A stretch of 34,904 nt of DNA from Candidatus Woesearchaeota archaeon (GCA_019323135.1 JAHWHT010000002.1:1-34904), one strand, 5' to 3'. Numbered from the stretch's first letter, positions 25,209 to 33,364 are shown. The notes: a model not told the origin generated them from the sequence alone. A program made the numbers and translations.

Positions 25209-25795
25209 TAGTTCATCACTCCAAGCAGTAAGTAAAGTACTTTTGCATGATAAGCATTCAATTCTGTTTCGCTTGCCACAGTCAATATTACACAGTTATC
25301 AGAGACTTCAACTTTTGTTTCATTGCTCTGCTCTATTTGATAGACCGGCATTGCTGCCGTAGCATTTGCACAAGTTATCTGCGGAAGCGCATACCCTGTT
25401 GCATTTGTAAATCCTTTTGTCAGGAATCTATCCCCTACTTTTATGAATTTTTGCTCCATATCCAGCTGTTGTTCTGCTATTGACGAAGCAAAATCGGAAT
25501 TTGGATCATATGTAACAAATAGAACTTTTGTTCCAGACAGCAGTAATTTAGCATCATCAGACATATTTATTTGTTCCAAGTCTTCAGGATAATAATTAAA
25601 AGCTAGTTCTTGATTATTTATTTTTGTAACTAACCCATTTTGTGTTCTTGAGAATTTAAATCCGTTATAATCTGCCAGTTTATCTCGCTGATTAGTTTGA
25701 TAAGACATCATAAATCCAAATGCGCTTAAGACCATTATTGCTACTATAAACAAGGACATCAGAACTTTTTTGTTAATTAATTTTTTTCTTGCCAT
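25208..25795 (-). CDS. hypothetical N-terminally anchored extracytoplasmic protein (paralogue of previous gene)
   Basis: Single N-terminal TM, YNGFKF, LFVTYDPNS, DNCVILT. There is a 1-nt stop/start overlap with the downstream paralogue. Confidence 0.55.
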   Translation of the reverse strand: MARKKLINKKVLMSLFIVAIMVLSAFGFMMSYQTNQRDKLADYNGFKFSRTQNGLVTKINNQELAFNYYPEDLEQINMSDDAKLLLSGTKVLFVTYDPNSDFASSIAEQQLDMEQKFIKVGDRFLTKGFTNATGYALPQITCANATAAMPVYQIEQSNETKVEVSDNCVILTVASETELNAYHAKVLYLLLGVMN

Positions 25796-25807
25796 GGAGT
25801 TTGTGAT

Positions 25808-26803
25808 TTATTTGTCATTTATATTATTTTCCATTGATTTAAGGTATTGGCTTAATTTCTCTTTTAATTGTTCTTTAAGTTTATCATCAAGCTCTAGCTT
25901 ATCTACTTCTGCGCCCCAATCTATATCTGGAAGCACTGTCAAAGTCCCCTTAAACACTCTCCCTGCCTGTTCAGCGCCTGCTTCAACAACCCTTGCTTGT
26001 TCTGTCCCAAAAAGTTTAGTTGCAGGAAATTTAGTTATTGCATTAGCGCCTGTTTTGAACAATAATTCTGCTTCTTTATACCTTCTTGCAGTTGTTCCTG
26101 CGATTATATCTAATTTAGGGAATCTGATTCTTGTTTTTGCTATCCACTCTGCATAATATTCGCTTGTTGGCCCCTCTTTATTCTCAAATATTGTTCCTTT
26201 TACAGGTTTTAAGGCATAAAATGTTATTCTGTCCAATTGATGTTCTTCTATAAATTTATGAAGCATTTCTATATTTTTTTCTCCCAAACCTATTATTATC
26301 GCTATACTGGTTTTAAATCCCATTTCTTTCGCAATTTTTAGCATATCAGAATAAGGTTGTATTGGTTTATCAGGACAGAGTTCGTCATGCAGTTTTTCCT
26401 CGACAGTTTCTATAGAAGCACAGATTCCTTCTACATACGGTTTTAATCTTTCTAACTGTTCTGCATTAAACGCTCCCAGATTCACCCACACTTTCCTGCC
26501 AATTATTTTATTGACATTTCGTATTATCTCCAGTAATTCCTCAAAAGGATAAATCCCATATCCTCCTGTCAAGAACTCTATATTCCACCCAAGATTTTTT
26601 GCAAGCACTGCTTCTACAAGTATTGAAGCCATACTTCTTTTTGCAGTTTTGGCATGCTTTACCTTATGGTGTATTGTCGATCTAAAGCAGAACTTGCAAG
26701 TTCCCCTCTCACAATACCAGCTAAGAAATATACATCTGCCGTAATAAACTTCTTTCCCCCAATTCTCTAGGAATACTTTGTTTGCTTGCTCTATTGTGTT
26801 CAT
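25808..26803 (-). CDS. radical SAM enzyme (BioB/HydE-like TIM barrel) with CX4CX2C spacing
   Basis: GRCIFLSWYCERGTCKFCF, FLTGGYG and the later barrel strands. ATG 26803 is preferred because the longer ORF runs into the tRNA gene. Confidence 0.7.
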   Translation of the reverse strand: MNTIEQANKVFLENWGKEVYYGRCIFLSWYCERGTCKFCFRSTIHHKVKHAKTAKRSMASILVEAVLAKNLGWNIEFLTGGYGIYPFEELLEIIRNVNKIIGRKVWVNLGAFNAEQLERLKPYVEGICASIETVEEKLHDELCPDKPIQPYSDMLKIAKEMGFKTSIAIIIGLGEKNIEMLHKFIEEHQLDRITFYALKPVKGTIFENKEGPTSEYYAEWIAKTRIRFPKLDIIAGTTARRYKEAELLFKTGANAITKFPATKLFGTEQARVVEAGAEQAGRVFKGTLTVLPDIDWGAEVDKLELDDKLKEQLKEKLSQYLKSMENNINDK

Positions 26804-26810
26804 TTTCAAA

Positions 26811-26897
26811 GCCTCCGAAGGGATTTGAACCCTTGACCTATTGCTTGCCCACGTTATGTTACGAGGCAATCGCTCTACCGAACTGAGCTACAGAGGC
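26811..26897 (-). tRNA. tRNA-Thr(CGU) with about 14-nt intron at the canonical 37/38 position
   Basis: GCCTCTG-TA-GCTC-AGTTCGGTA-GAGC-G-ATTGC-CTCGTA[ACATAACGTGGGCA]A-GCAAT-AGGTC-AAGGG-TTCAAAT-CCCTT-CGGAGGC. Confidence 0.75.
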
Positions 26898-26905
26898 GAA
26901 ATTCA

Positions 26906-27061
26906 TTAAATATGTTTCAGAATCTCTTCTTTAGTCCTTAATTTTTTTTGGCACTCAAAACAGATTGTATGCTTCTTGCCCTTTTCATCTTTTAGAGTGG
27001 TGCCTATTATTTTTTTCAGGAATGTTTCCCCGATTTTATTTTTACATATCTCGCATTTCAT
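26906..27061 (-). CDS. 51-aa zinc-ribbon protein (CxxC..CxxC)
   Basis: My own translation: MKCEICKNKIGETFLKKIIGTTLKDEKGKKHTICFECQKKLRTKEEILKHI. TATA-like TTTAAATA lies about 27 nt upstream. Confidence 0.5.
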   Translation of the reverse strand: MKCEICKNKIGETFLKKIIGTTLKDEKGKKHTICFECQKKLRTKEEILKHI

Positions 27062-27100
27062 AGACTAAAAAAGAAAGAAATAGTATTTAAAGCTTCTTAC

Positions 27101-27295
27101 TTAATCAAATTTCTTGAATACAGTTACCATAACTATTCCTGCAATTGCAATTACTGAAACAACAGTCACAAGATTTCCAGATAGCCCTGCAACAAGAGAA
27201 TTTACTGCTCCACCTGTTGGTGAACTGGAATTAGTCATCATCCACACCAATCCAACAAGAAGGATTGCTGCAAATGCAAAATGTAATTTTTTCAT
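27101..27295 (-). CDS. small membrane protein (N-terminal signal/TM plus C-terminal TM)
   Basis: MKKLHFAFAAILLVGLVWMM...VVSVIAIAGIVMVTVFKKFD. Confidence 0.45.
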   Translation of the reverse strand: MKKLHFAFAAILLVGLVWMMTNSSSPTGGAVNSLVAGLSGNLVTVVSVIAIAGIVMVTVFKKFD

Positions 27296-27357
27296 GATAT
27301 GCACCTCTACTCTGTTTTTGTTTATCAGGTATTTAAATCTTTCGTAGGTCAATAACA

Positions 27358-27365
27358 TTTATAAA
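27358..27365 (+). promoter_or_regulatory. TATA box TTTATAAA for ABCE1
   Basis: 23 nt upstream of ATG 27389. Confidence 0.5.
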
Positions 27366-27388
27366 CCGCCTTTGTTTCAAGAGTGTTT

Positions 27389-29143
27389 ATGCCAAGAATA
27401 GCTGTTGTTCAGAAAGCCAAGTGCAACCCGAACGGATGCGGCGGGTATCTTTGTATGCGTCTTTGTCCAATTAACAGAAAAGGCGAAGAATGTATTGCTA
27501 AAGATGAAAATGGTAAAGTCAAGATAGATGAAAAACTCTGCACAGGATGCGGTATTTGCCCAAACAGATGCCCTTTTGAGGCCTTATCAGTCGTCAATCT
27601 TCCTGAAGAGCTTGCAAAACAGCCGATTCATCAGTATGGCGCTAATGGTTTTCATTTGTATAATCTGCCTATCCCTATTTTCGGTAAAGTAGTGGGTATT
27701 CTCGGTAAAAACGGCATTGGTAAGTCCACTGCCATTCAAATTCTTGCAGGATTGCTAAAACCTAATCTAGGAAAAGAAGAAAATGCAAGTTATGACGAAT
27801 TAATTGATTTTTTCAAAGGTTCTGAAGCACAGATTTTTTTTGAGAAAATAAAAAAAGGAGAGATTACTGTGAGTTTTAAGCCTCAACAGGTTGATTTGAT
27901 TCCTAAGAAATTCAAAGGCAATGTTCAAGAATTATTGAAAAAATCTGACGAAACTGCACGTTTTGATGAGATTGTTGATGCTCTGGATTTACGCACAGTT
28001 CTTGACAGGGATGTTGCCACTATTTCTGGTGGAGAACTGCAGCGCGTTGCTATTGCTGCAACTGTATTGAAAAAAGCAAATCTCTATGTTTTTGACGAGC
28101 CAACTTCTTATTTAGACATCAAGCAAAGAATAAAAATCTCTAAGTTCATCCAAAGTCTTGCTAATGAAGATACTGCAGTTTTAGTTGTTGAACACGATTT
28201 AATCATCCTAGATTACATGACTGATTTGATTCACATAATGTTTGGTGAACCAGGAGTATATGGTATTGTTTCTCTGCCTAAAGTAACTCGTGCAGGAATT
28301 AATGTTTATTTAGAGGGTTATCTAAGAGATCAAAATATTCGTTTTCGCGATCACGCTTTGACATTTGAATCACGCCCACCTCTAGCAGAACAGACTGGAA
28401 TAGAGTTGACATCTTGGACAGATTTAAAGAAAAAATTAGGCAATTTTAATTTGAATGCCAAACAAGGCAAATTAAACAAGAAAACTGCTGCAGGTATTCT
28501 CGGAGAAAACGGTATTGGTAAGACTACTTTTGTAAAGATTTTGGCAGGCGTTATAGAGCCAGATTCTGGCGAGATTAAAGATCAAGTTACAGTTAGCTAT
28601 AAGCCACAGTATCTTGAAACTGCTTCAGATACATTAGTTGCAACATTACTCAAAGATGCTGTTGAAAAATATGAAACTCAGATAATTCGCCCCCTGAACA
28701 TCAAGCCTTTGCTGCTTAAACCCCTAAATCAATTATCTGGCGGAGAATTGCAAAAAGTTTCTATCGCGCACTGTCTGGCGCAAAAAGCAAATCTCTATCT
28801 TCTAGACGAGCCTTCTGCATATCTGGATGTCGAGCAAAGGTTGATTGTTTCAAAGGTAATAAGAGATATTACAGAGCATAGAGGCTGTTCTATTTTAGTT
28901 GTTGATCACGATTTAGTGTTTATTGACTACCTATCTGACGAATTAATTGTTTTTGAGGGCATTCCTGCTAAAGAAGGCGAAGCAAAAGGTCCTTTTACAA
29001 TGGAAGAAGGAATGTATCTTTTCTTAAAAGACTTGAACATCACTCTAAGGCGGGATAAAGAAAGCAAGCGTCCAAGAATAAATAAACTTGGTTCTAGAAT
29101 GGATCGTGAGCAAAAAGAATCTGGCAAAGTGTATTACACTTAA
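27389..29143 (+). CDS. abcE1: ABCE1 (RNase L inhibitor homologue) ribosome-recycling ATPase
   Basis: N-terminal Fe-S domain (CNPNGCGGYLCMRLCP, CTGCGICPNRCP). Two ABC modules follow (GKNGIGKST / GENGIGKTT, two LSGGELQ signatures). Confidence 0.9.
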   Translation: MPRIAVVQKAKCNPNGCGGYLCMRLCPINRKGEECIAKDENGKVKIDEKLCTGCGICPNRCPFEALSVVNLPEELAKQPIHQYGANGFHLYNLPIPIFGKVVGILGKNGIGKSTAIQILAGLLKPNLGKEENASYDELIDFFKGSEAQIFFEKIKKGEITVSFKPQQVDLIPKKFKGNVQELLKKSDETARFDEIVDALDLRTVLDRDVATISGGELQRVAIAATVLKKANLYVFDEPTSYLDIKQRIKISKFIQSLANEDTAVLVVEHDLIILDYMTDLIHIMFGEPGVYGIVSLPKVTRAGINVYLEGYLRDQNIRFRDHALTFESRPPLAEQTGIELTSWTDLKKKLGNFNLNAKQGKLNKKTAAGILGENGIGKTTFVKILAGVIEPDSGEIKDQVTVSYKPQYLETASDTLVATLLKDAVEKYETQIIRPLNIKPLLLKPLNQLSGGELQKVSIAHCLAQKANLYLLDEPSAYLDVEQRLIVSKVIRDITEHRGCSILVVDHDLVFIDYLSDELIVFEGIPAKEGEAKGPFTMEEGMYLFLKDLNITLRRDKESKRPRINKLGSRMDREQKESGKVYYT

Positions 29144-29166
29144 TTTTACGCCGCAAATTTTCTTAT

Positions 29167-30606
29167 TCACTTAAGTGTTTTCAGATATTGCTTTATCTTA
29201 AGTTTTGAAAAGTCTGCTGCTCTTGAATCAGATCCTGGTGCTGCAAGTTCTTTCACTAGTTTGCCTGATTTTTTATTTTGCCACCATTTCCTGCCGTACT
29301 TTTGCTCTAATGGAACTCTCATCAGGTTTTCTTGCTGCACACTTGCAAGCATATAGCTAGGAACATACATCAAGGATTCTGGCAGAATGTGATGCAGTTT
29401 CCAGTAAGCTCCAGGAATATTCATGCCCATGCTTTTCTTCAGCTCTTTTGCATATGCTTTATCACAATCTTTGAACGCAAGCTTATCTTTCCAATATTTT
29501 ATCCTGAATAATGAATTTCCAGTATAGAACGCAATTGAGAATATATTTGAGAACTTGTGTCTTCTTATCAATTCATCAGAATAATCTGCATTAAGTTTTA
29601 GTTTTTTAGTCAGGTATTCTTTGTCCATCATAAAATGATCAAAGAAGATAGAGAATGTTTCTGCAAGTCCATTGGAAATCAGATTCTTTTTCCAGTATGG
29701 TTTTTTAGGGTCAATCAAATTAAAGTGTATTGCATGTCCAAATTCGTGATAGATGGATTTCGCATCTTCGACTGGATTTTCTTTTTTGAATGACACCCAG
29801 ACATCTTTTGGAATTTGTATTGCCATACAGAAAGGAGATGCATATTTGTTTGGCCTATCTTTAGAATCTACCTGTATTCTATTGGGATTAAGTCCCATTT
29901 CTCGCATAGTTTTCTTTACACTCTGTATCGGATCTATTTTACTGAATCCGCAGGTCATATCATTAAATAAGGCATTTCTTACAAAGTAAAAATCATCGTA
30001 ATATTCTGGATTTTTATCAAACAGTTTATTCGAATAATATTTGAATTGTTTTTTGAATTGTTTCTTCACGCCCTCTCTTAATTGCTTCATAGCATTCTCT
30101 AATTGCTTAAGCGTCATTTTATGTTCCTGAAGATAATCCTCCAATGGATCCATGCCGTATTTATTGTACACTTTTGTAGCAACATCAAATTTTTGTTTAA
30201 TTAATGGAGCTATTTTTGGTGTTTTCTTGATAAAATCATCAAAAACTTCTTTTCTTGCATTATCAGAAGCATGCACGACAAATTGTCTCCAAGTATTCCA
30301 ATTTACTGGCTTGCCTGCAAATTTGTATTTGTTTGTAGAAATCTGTTTTCCTCTTTGTTCATGGAACTTTAATTCTAGATGATATGTTTTTGAGCCGGCT
30401 ATTCCGCCCACACAAGCCTCTCTTAGTATTTCTGGTTCTTTGAAATCTTTTAAAAATTTAAGTGCGTGTTTCTCGCTCTCTTTTTCCAGTTTTTTGATTT
30501 TAGCTTTGCTGTATTTTAATCCTACGTTGAATTTAAGATATTCTTTTCTCAAGCCTATGCTTGATTTCTCGTCTTCGTTGCACCACTTTTTTAGTTCTGG
30601 TTTCAT
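29167..30606 (-). CDS. M3-family zinc metallopeptidase (oligoendopeptidase F-like)
   Basis: IYHEFGHAIH is an HExxH motif in M3-like context. ATG 30606 overlaps the trmI stop (ATGA). Confidence 0.65.
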   Translation of the reverse strand: MKPELKKWCNEDEKSSIGLRKEYLKFNVGLKYSKAKIKKLEKESEKHALKFLKDFKEPEILREACVGGIAGSKTYHLELKFHEQRGKQISTNKYKFAGKPVNWNTWRQFVVHASDNARKEVFDDFIKKTPKIAPLIKQKFDVATKVYNKYGMDPLEDYLQEHKMTLKQLENAMKQLREGVKKQFKKQFKYYSNKLFDKNPEYYDDFYFVRNALFNDMTCGFSKIDPIQSVKKTMREMGLNPNRIQVDSKDRPNKYASPFCMAIQIPKDVWVSFKKENPVEDAKSIYHEFGHAIHFNLIDPKKPYWKKNLISNGLAETFSIFFDHFMMDKEYLTKKLKLNADYSDELIRRHKFSNIFSIAFYTGNSLFRIKYWKDKLAFKDCDKAYAKELKKSMGMNIPGAYWKLHHILPESLMYVPSYMLASVQQENLMRVPLEQKYGRKWWQNKKSGKLVKELAAPGSDSRAADFSKLKIKQYLKTLK

Positions 30607-31382
30607 TTTATTTTTCTCACAAATGTCAAAAACGCAGTGTGTCCAATTTCTGCAGATTGGGGCCTCACTCTTTTGCCATCTATAATCCATCCTCTTTTTA
30701 TTATTTCAATTGTGCTGTCAAATAAAAATGATTCGTTTTTTGTTATCGCTTCTACAAACTGGCTTGCTTGTGTTGTTGTTGGAGTGTATGCAACAAGCCA
30801 TCCCCCGATTTTCAAGGCTTTGTTTACTGCCTTTATTGCTTCCCAAGGTTCTGGAAGGTCTAATGTTATCAAATCAACATTTTTTTCAGTAATTCCCTTT
30901 GTTACGTCTTTATGTTTTATTGTAATATTGGTTAATCCCAACATTTTGATATTTTCTTTAGCAACATCAACATGGTCATCTCTTTTTTCATACGTGATTA
31001 CTTTTTTGCAGATATTTGCCAGTGCACTAGCCAATGCTCCTGCCCCTGTGCCTGCATCAACTACTATGTCTTTTTTCCCTAGGCCTGTTTGCGCAATTAT
31101 CATTCCAAAATCCTTAGGTATCACTGTTTGCGGCGCTCTTCTTAGTTTTCTGAAATCGTCTGCAAATTGCGAAGTAAATATCACAAACTCTTTGTCTCTA
31201 TCTGTCTTCAATACACTACCATCTTTCTTCTTCAAATCTTTCTTAAGAATTATGCCGTATTTTGTGTGAAAATCTTTGCTCACATCAGTTACATAGTATC
31301 TCAAAGCTTTTCTTGTAGTCACTTCTCTCTTCAGCTCGGGTATGTACTCTTTTTTTCCTTTTGAAATCAGAATTTTTGCCAT
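30603..31382 (-). CDS. trmI: tRNA (adenine-N1)-methyltransferase TrmI (Gcd14 family)
   Basis: PQTVIPKDFGMIIAQTGLGKKDIVVDAGTGAGALASALA, LDLPEPW. Confidence 0.85.
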   Translation of the reverse strand: MAKILISKGKKEYIPELKREVTTRKALRYYVTDVSKDFHTKYGIILKKDLKKKDGSVLKTDRDKEFVIFTSQFADDFRKLRRAPQTVIPKDFGMIIAQTGLGKKDIVVDAGTGAGALASALANICKKVITYEKRDDHVDVAKENIKMLGLTNITIKHKDVTKGITEKNVDLITLDLPEPWEAIKAVNKALKIGGWLVAYTPTTTQASQFVEAITKNESFLFDSTIEIIKRGWIIDGKRVRPQSAEIGHTAFLTFVRKIK

Positions 31383-31439
31383 ACGTCAAAACTCATTTTT
31401 GATGTTCAAAAATCCATAAGATTTTTGTTATGAATAAAA

Positions 31440-31511
31440 AGCGGAGGGAGGGACTCGAACCCTCGATCATCGGGTTGCAGCCGATTGCCTTAGCCACTTG
31501 GCCACCTCCGC
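31440..31511 (-). tRNA. tRNA-Cys(GCA), intron-less, U73 discriminator
   Basis: GCGGAGG-TG-GCCA-AGTGGCTA-AGGC-A-ATCGG-CTGCAAC-CCGAT-GATC-GAGGG-TTCGAGT-CCCTC-CCTCCGC-T, then a T-run. Confidence 0.9.
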
Positions 31512-31586
31512 GAGTGGGCATATACGCACGAGTGGAGACCAGCAGAATTAACTTATTTAATTCTGCGCTGCCTCCGCGCAAACCTC
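31512..31586 (-). other. structured 5' leader of tRNA-Cys (long hairpin plus repeat of the tRNA 5' end)
   Basis: Hairpin at 31534-31575: 6 bp, an internal loop, then 10 bp with a 5-nt loop. CGCGGAGG occurs at 31578-31571 and again at 31512-31505. A TATA-like TTTTTAAA (31616-31609) places the predicted transcription start near 31585. Confidence 0.5.
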
Positions 31587-31640
31587 ATACTAGAGAATAC
31601 ATACGTCGTTTAAAAATGTTATTGTTTCTATTGAGAAAAC

Positions 31641-31648
31641 TTTATAAA
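31641..31648 (+). promoter_or_regulatory. TATA box TTTATAAA for tRNA-Arg
   Basis: 24 nt upstream of the tRNA 5' end at 31673. Confidence 0.55.
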
Positions 31649-31672
31649 CCGAATACAGTATGTTATGTTCAC

Positions 31673-31816
31673 GGGCCCGTAGCCTAGTCTGGATACTGTT
31701 TTTAAGCAGTAGGGCAAATAAGGCGACAGCCTTCTAAGCTGTAGATCAGGGGTTCGAATACTTGGCAGCGAAGTCGACAAGGATTTCGACGCCAGTCGAA
31801 TTTCCCCTCGGGCCCG
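31673..31816 (+). tRNA. tRNA-Arg(UCU) with two non-canonical introns (D-loop about 25 nt at 31696-31720; T-loop about 44 nt at 31760-31803)
   Basis: GGGCCCG-TA-GCCT-AGTCTGGATA[25 nt]AGGC-G-ACAGC-CTTCTAA-GCTGT-AGATC-AGGGG-TTCGAAT[44 nt]CCCCT-CGGGCCC-G, then a T-run. The exact splice points are ambiguous by 1-2 nt. Confidence 0.8.
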
Positions 31817-31860
31817 TATTTTTCATAATCTTTTTAAAACTCTGTTAAGTTCTACTTTTT

Positions 31861-32022
31861 ATGAAAATCTATGTAGGGCACGCAAAAAAGTTTGACTTTA
31901 AGAAAGAATTATACGAACCATTAAGAAAAAGCCCTTTGAATAATGAACACGAAATTGTTCTGCCTCATGAAAAAGACCTAATTTCTAAGCTAGAAAAAAA
32001 ATTAGAAAAATTTGCAGAATAA
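31861..32022 (+). CDS. 53-aa ORF resembling the N-terminal half of a nucleoside 2-deoxyribosyltransferase-like family protein (possible fragment)
   Basis: My own translation: MKIYVGHAKKFDFKKELYEPLRKSPLNNEHEIVLPHEKDLISKLEKKLEKFAE. A TATA-like element lies about 25 nt upstream. Confidence 0.35.
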   Translation: MKIYVGHAKKFDFKKELYEPLRKSPLNNEHEIVLPHEKDLISKLEKKLEKFAE

Positions 32023-32064
32023 TCAAAAAGCTTTTATATTTTGCACATCGAATCAATAATCACA

Positions 32065-32265
32065 ATGATAAAAGAATACAGAAAAAAGATAGACGAGATT
32101 GACTCTCAAATCATTTCTTTATTAGAAAAAAGAGAAAATTTAGTGAAAAAAGTAAGATTAATCAAATTACAACAAGCTATTCCTCTAAAAGACTCACAAA
32201 GAGAAGAACAAGTTCTGAAAAATGCAGGCAAATTCAAGAAAGTGTTTATAGAAATTCTTAAATGA
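32065..32265 (+). CDS. short AroQ-type chorismate mutase-like protein (66 aa)
   Basis: IKEYRKKIDEIDSQIISLLEKRENLVKKVRLIKL...PLKDSQREEQVL is the AroQ helix 1-2 pattern. TTTATATT lies 24 nt upstream of ATG 32065. Confidence 0.6.
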   Translation: MIKEYRKKIDEIDSQIISLLEKRENLVKKVRLIKLQQAIPLKDSQREEQVLKNAGKFKKVFIEILK

Positions 32266-32272
32266 TTTTGAT

Positions 32273-33364
32273 TTAAGGCAGCCACTTCTTAGGATCTTTC
32301 AACTTCTCAGGCAGGTAATTAGAAATAACATAATTCAATCCATGCTGTGCAAGTGCTTGCTGCTCTGCTCTTTTCTTTAATTTCAAACTCAGATTCAGCG
32401 CTTTCTGCCACTCTTTGTGTGCCTGTACAAATGGATCGTTCTTTAGTCCATCTTTAATACGTTTGATATCCACTTCTTTCAATGGATGTGTTGGTAATTT
32501 GTAATCAATTATGTCTTGTGCAGTTATTCCAATGAATTTTGCTTGTGGTACACAAAAATATTCATTCAAATGCGCAGCATTACCGCTTCCAACTTTGAGT
32601 GTACGATAAATATTCAGCCACCCATATGGGTCGCCGTCTGTAAACACAAATACAGGTAATTTTTTAGCATCTGCTAATCTACGAATAAATCTTCTACAAG
32701 CTCTTGTAGGAACTCCGCCCATAGATATTAATATACAATTAGCTTTTTTCCAATAAGCATGTTTTACTAATCTTTGATACATACCTGCGGTCTCAATAGC
32801 CAATATGAATTTCGCTTTGGTCTCAAATTTAAGATGCTCTACAGAACTTGGAATACTGTACGCTCCAGTTCCCATTTTAGTACAGTCAATTTTAATTTCT
32901 TTTCCATTATCTGGATTTTTATCAACAACAATAAGCTGTCCTGCGATGTCTCCTCCTTTTTCTTCAGGAATAAATCCTAGCTGTTCTCGATTCACGCCAA
33001 ATGTTGCCTCTACATCATCCATCACAGTGTCAGATTCTGGCTGCTCTTTAAATCCTGCTTCGCCCCAGTTTTTAGAAACATAATATGCTTCTCTTTTTGT
33101 TGCTATATCGTCTGTCTCAATAAGAGTTTTAGATAATCCCATCATTCGTAGTGTCTGTGCAAATGTTTTCACAGTTGCTGCAGTAAGTGTTCTGGTTTTT
33201 TCTTTGCCTAATAACTCAAAATAACCATGTTTTGGATCAAATTTGACATTAGAAAGGCTTCGAATAGGCGAAGATATTTCTGGTTGTTTTTTCTTTAGTA
33301 TTTTTTTATAAATACTATTAGCAAAATCTGTGATTTGTGTTACAACTGGTTTTTTCTTACTCAT
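32273..33364 (-). CDS. top6A: DNA topoisomerase VI subunit A (Spo11 family)
   Basis: TKREAYYVS (catalytic Tyr region), ILAIETAGMYQRL and TDGDPYGW (Toprim). Confidence 0.9.
   Translation of the reverse strand: MSKKKPVVTQITDFANSIYKKILKKKQPEISSPIRSLSNVKFDPKHGYFELLGKEKTRTLTAATVKTFAQTLRMMGLSKTLIETDDIATKREAYYVSKNWGEAGFKEQPESDTVMDDVEATFGVNREQLGFIPEEKGGDIAGQLIVVDKNPDNGKEIKIDCTKMGTGAYSIPSSVEHLKFETKAKFILAIETAGMYQRLVKHAYWKKANCILISMGGVPTRACRRFIRRLADAKKLPVFVFTDGDPYGWLNIYRTLKVGSGNAAHLNEYFCVPQAKFIGITAQDIIDYKLPTHPLKEVDIKRIKDGLKNDPFVQAHKEWQKALNLSLKLKKRAEQQALAQHGLNYVISNYLPEKLKDPKKWLP

Noticed and set aside
26804-26869. N-terminal 22-aa extension of the radical SAM ORF (MPRNITWASNRSRVQIPSEALK)
   Set aside because: It overlaps the tRNA-Thr gene on the same strand. 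The internal ATG at 26803 gives a normal N-terminus.
31534-31575. Leader hairpin of tRNA-Cys considered as an H/ACA or C/D box sRNA
   Set aside because: The internal loop is only 3/2 nt, too small for a pseudouridylation pocket. The 3' flank reads ACT rather than ACA, and I found no C (RUGAUGA) or D (CUGA) boxes.
31393-31687. ORFs 31393-31581 (-) and 31430-31687 (+)
   Set aside because: Both are built from the tRNA-Cys gene, its leader and the start of tRNA-Arg, so they are RNA genes and not coding sequence.
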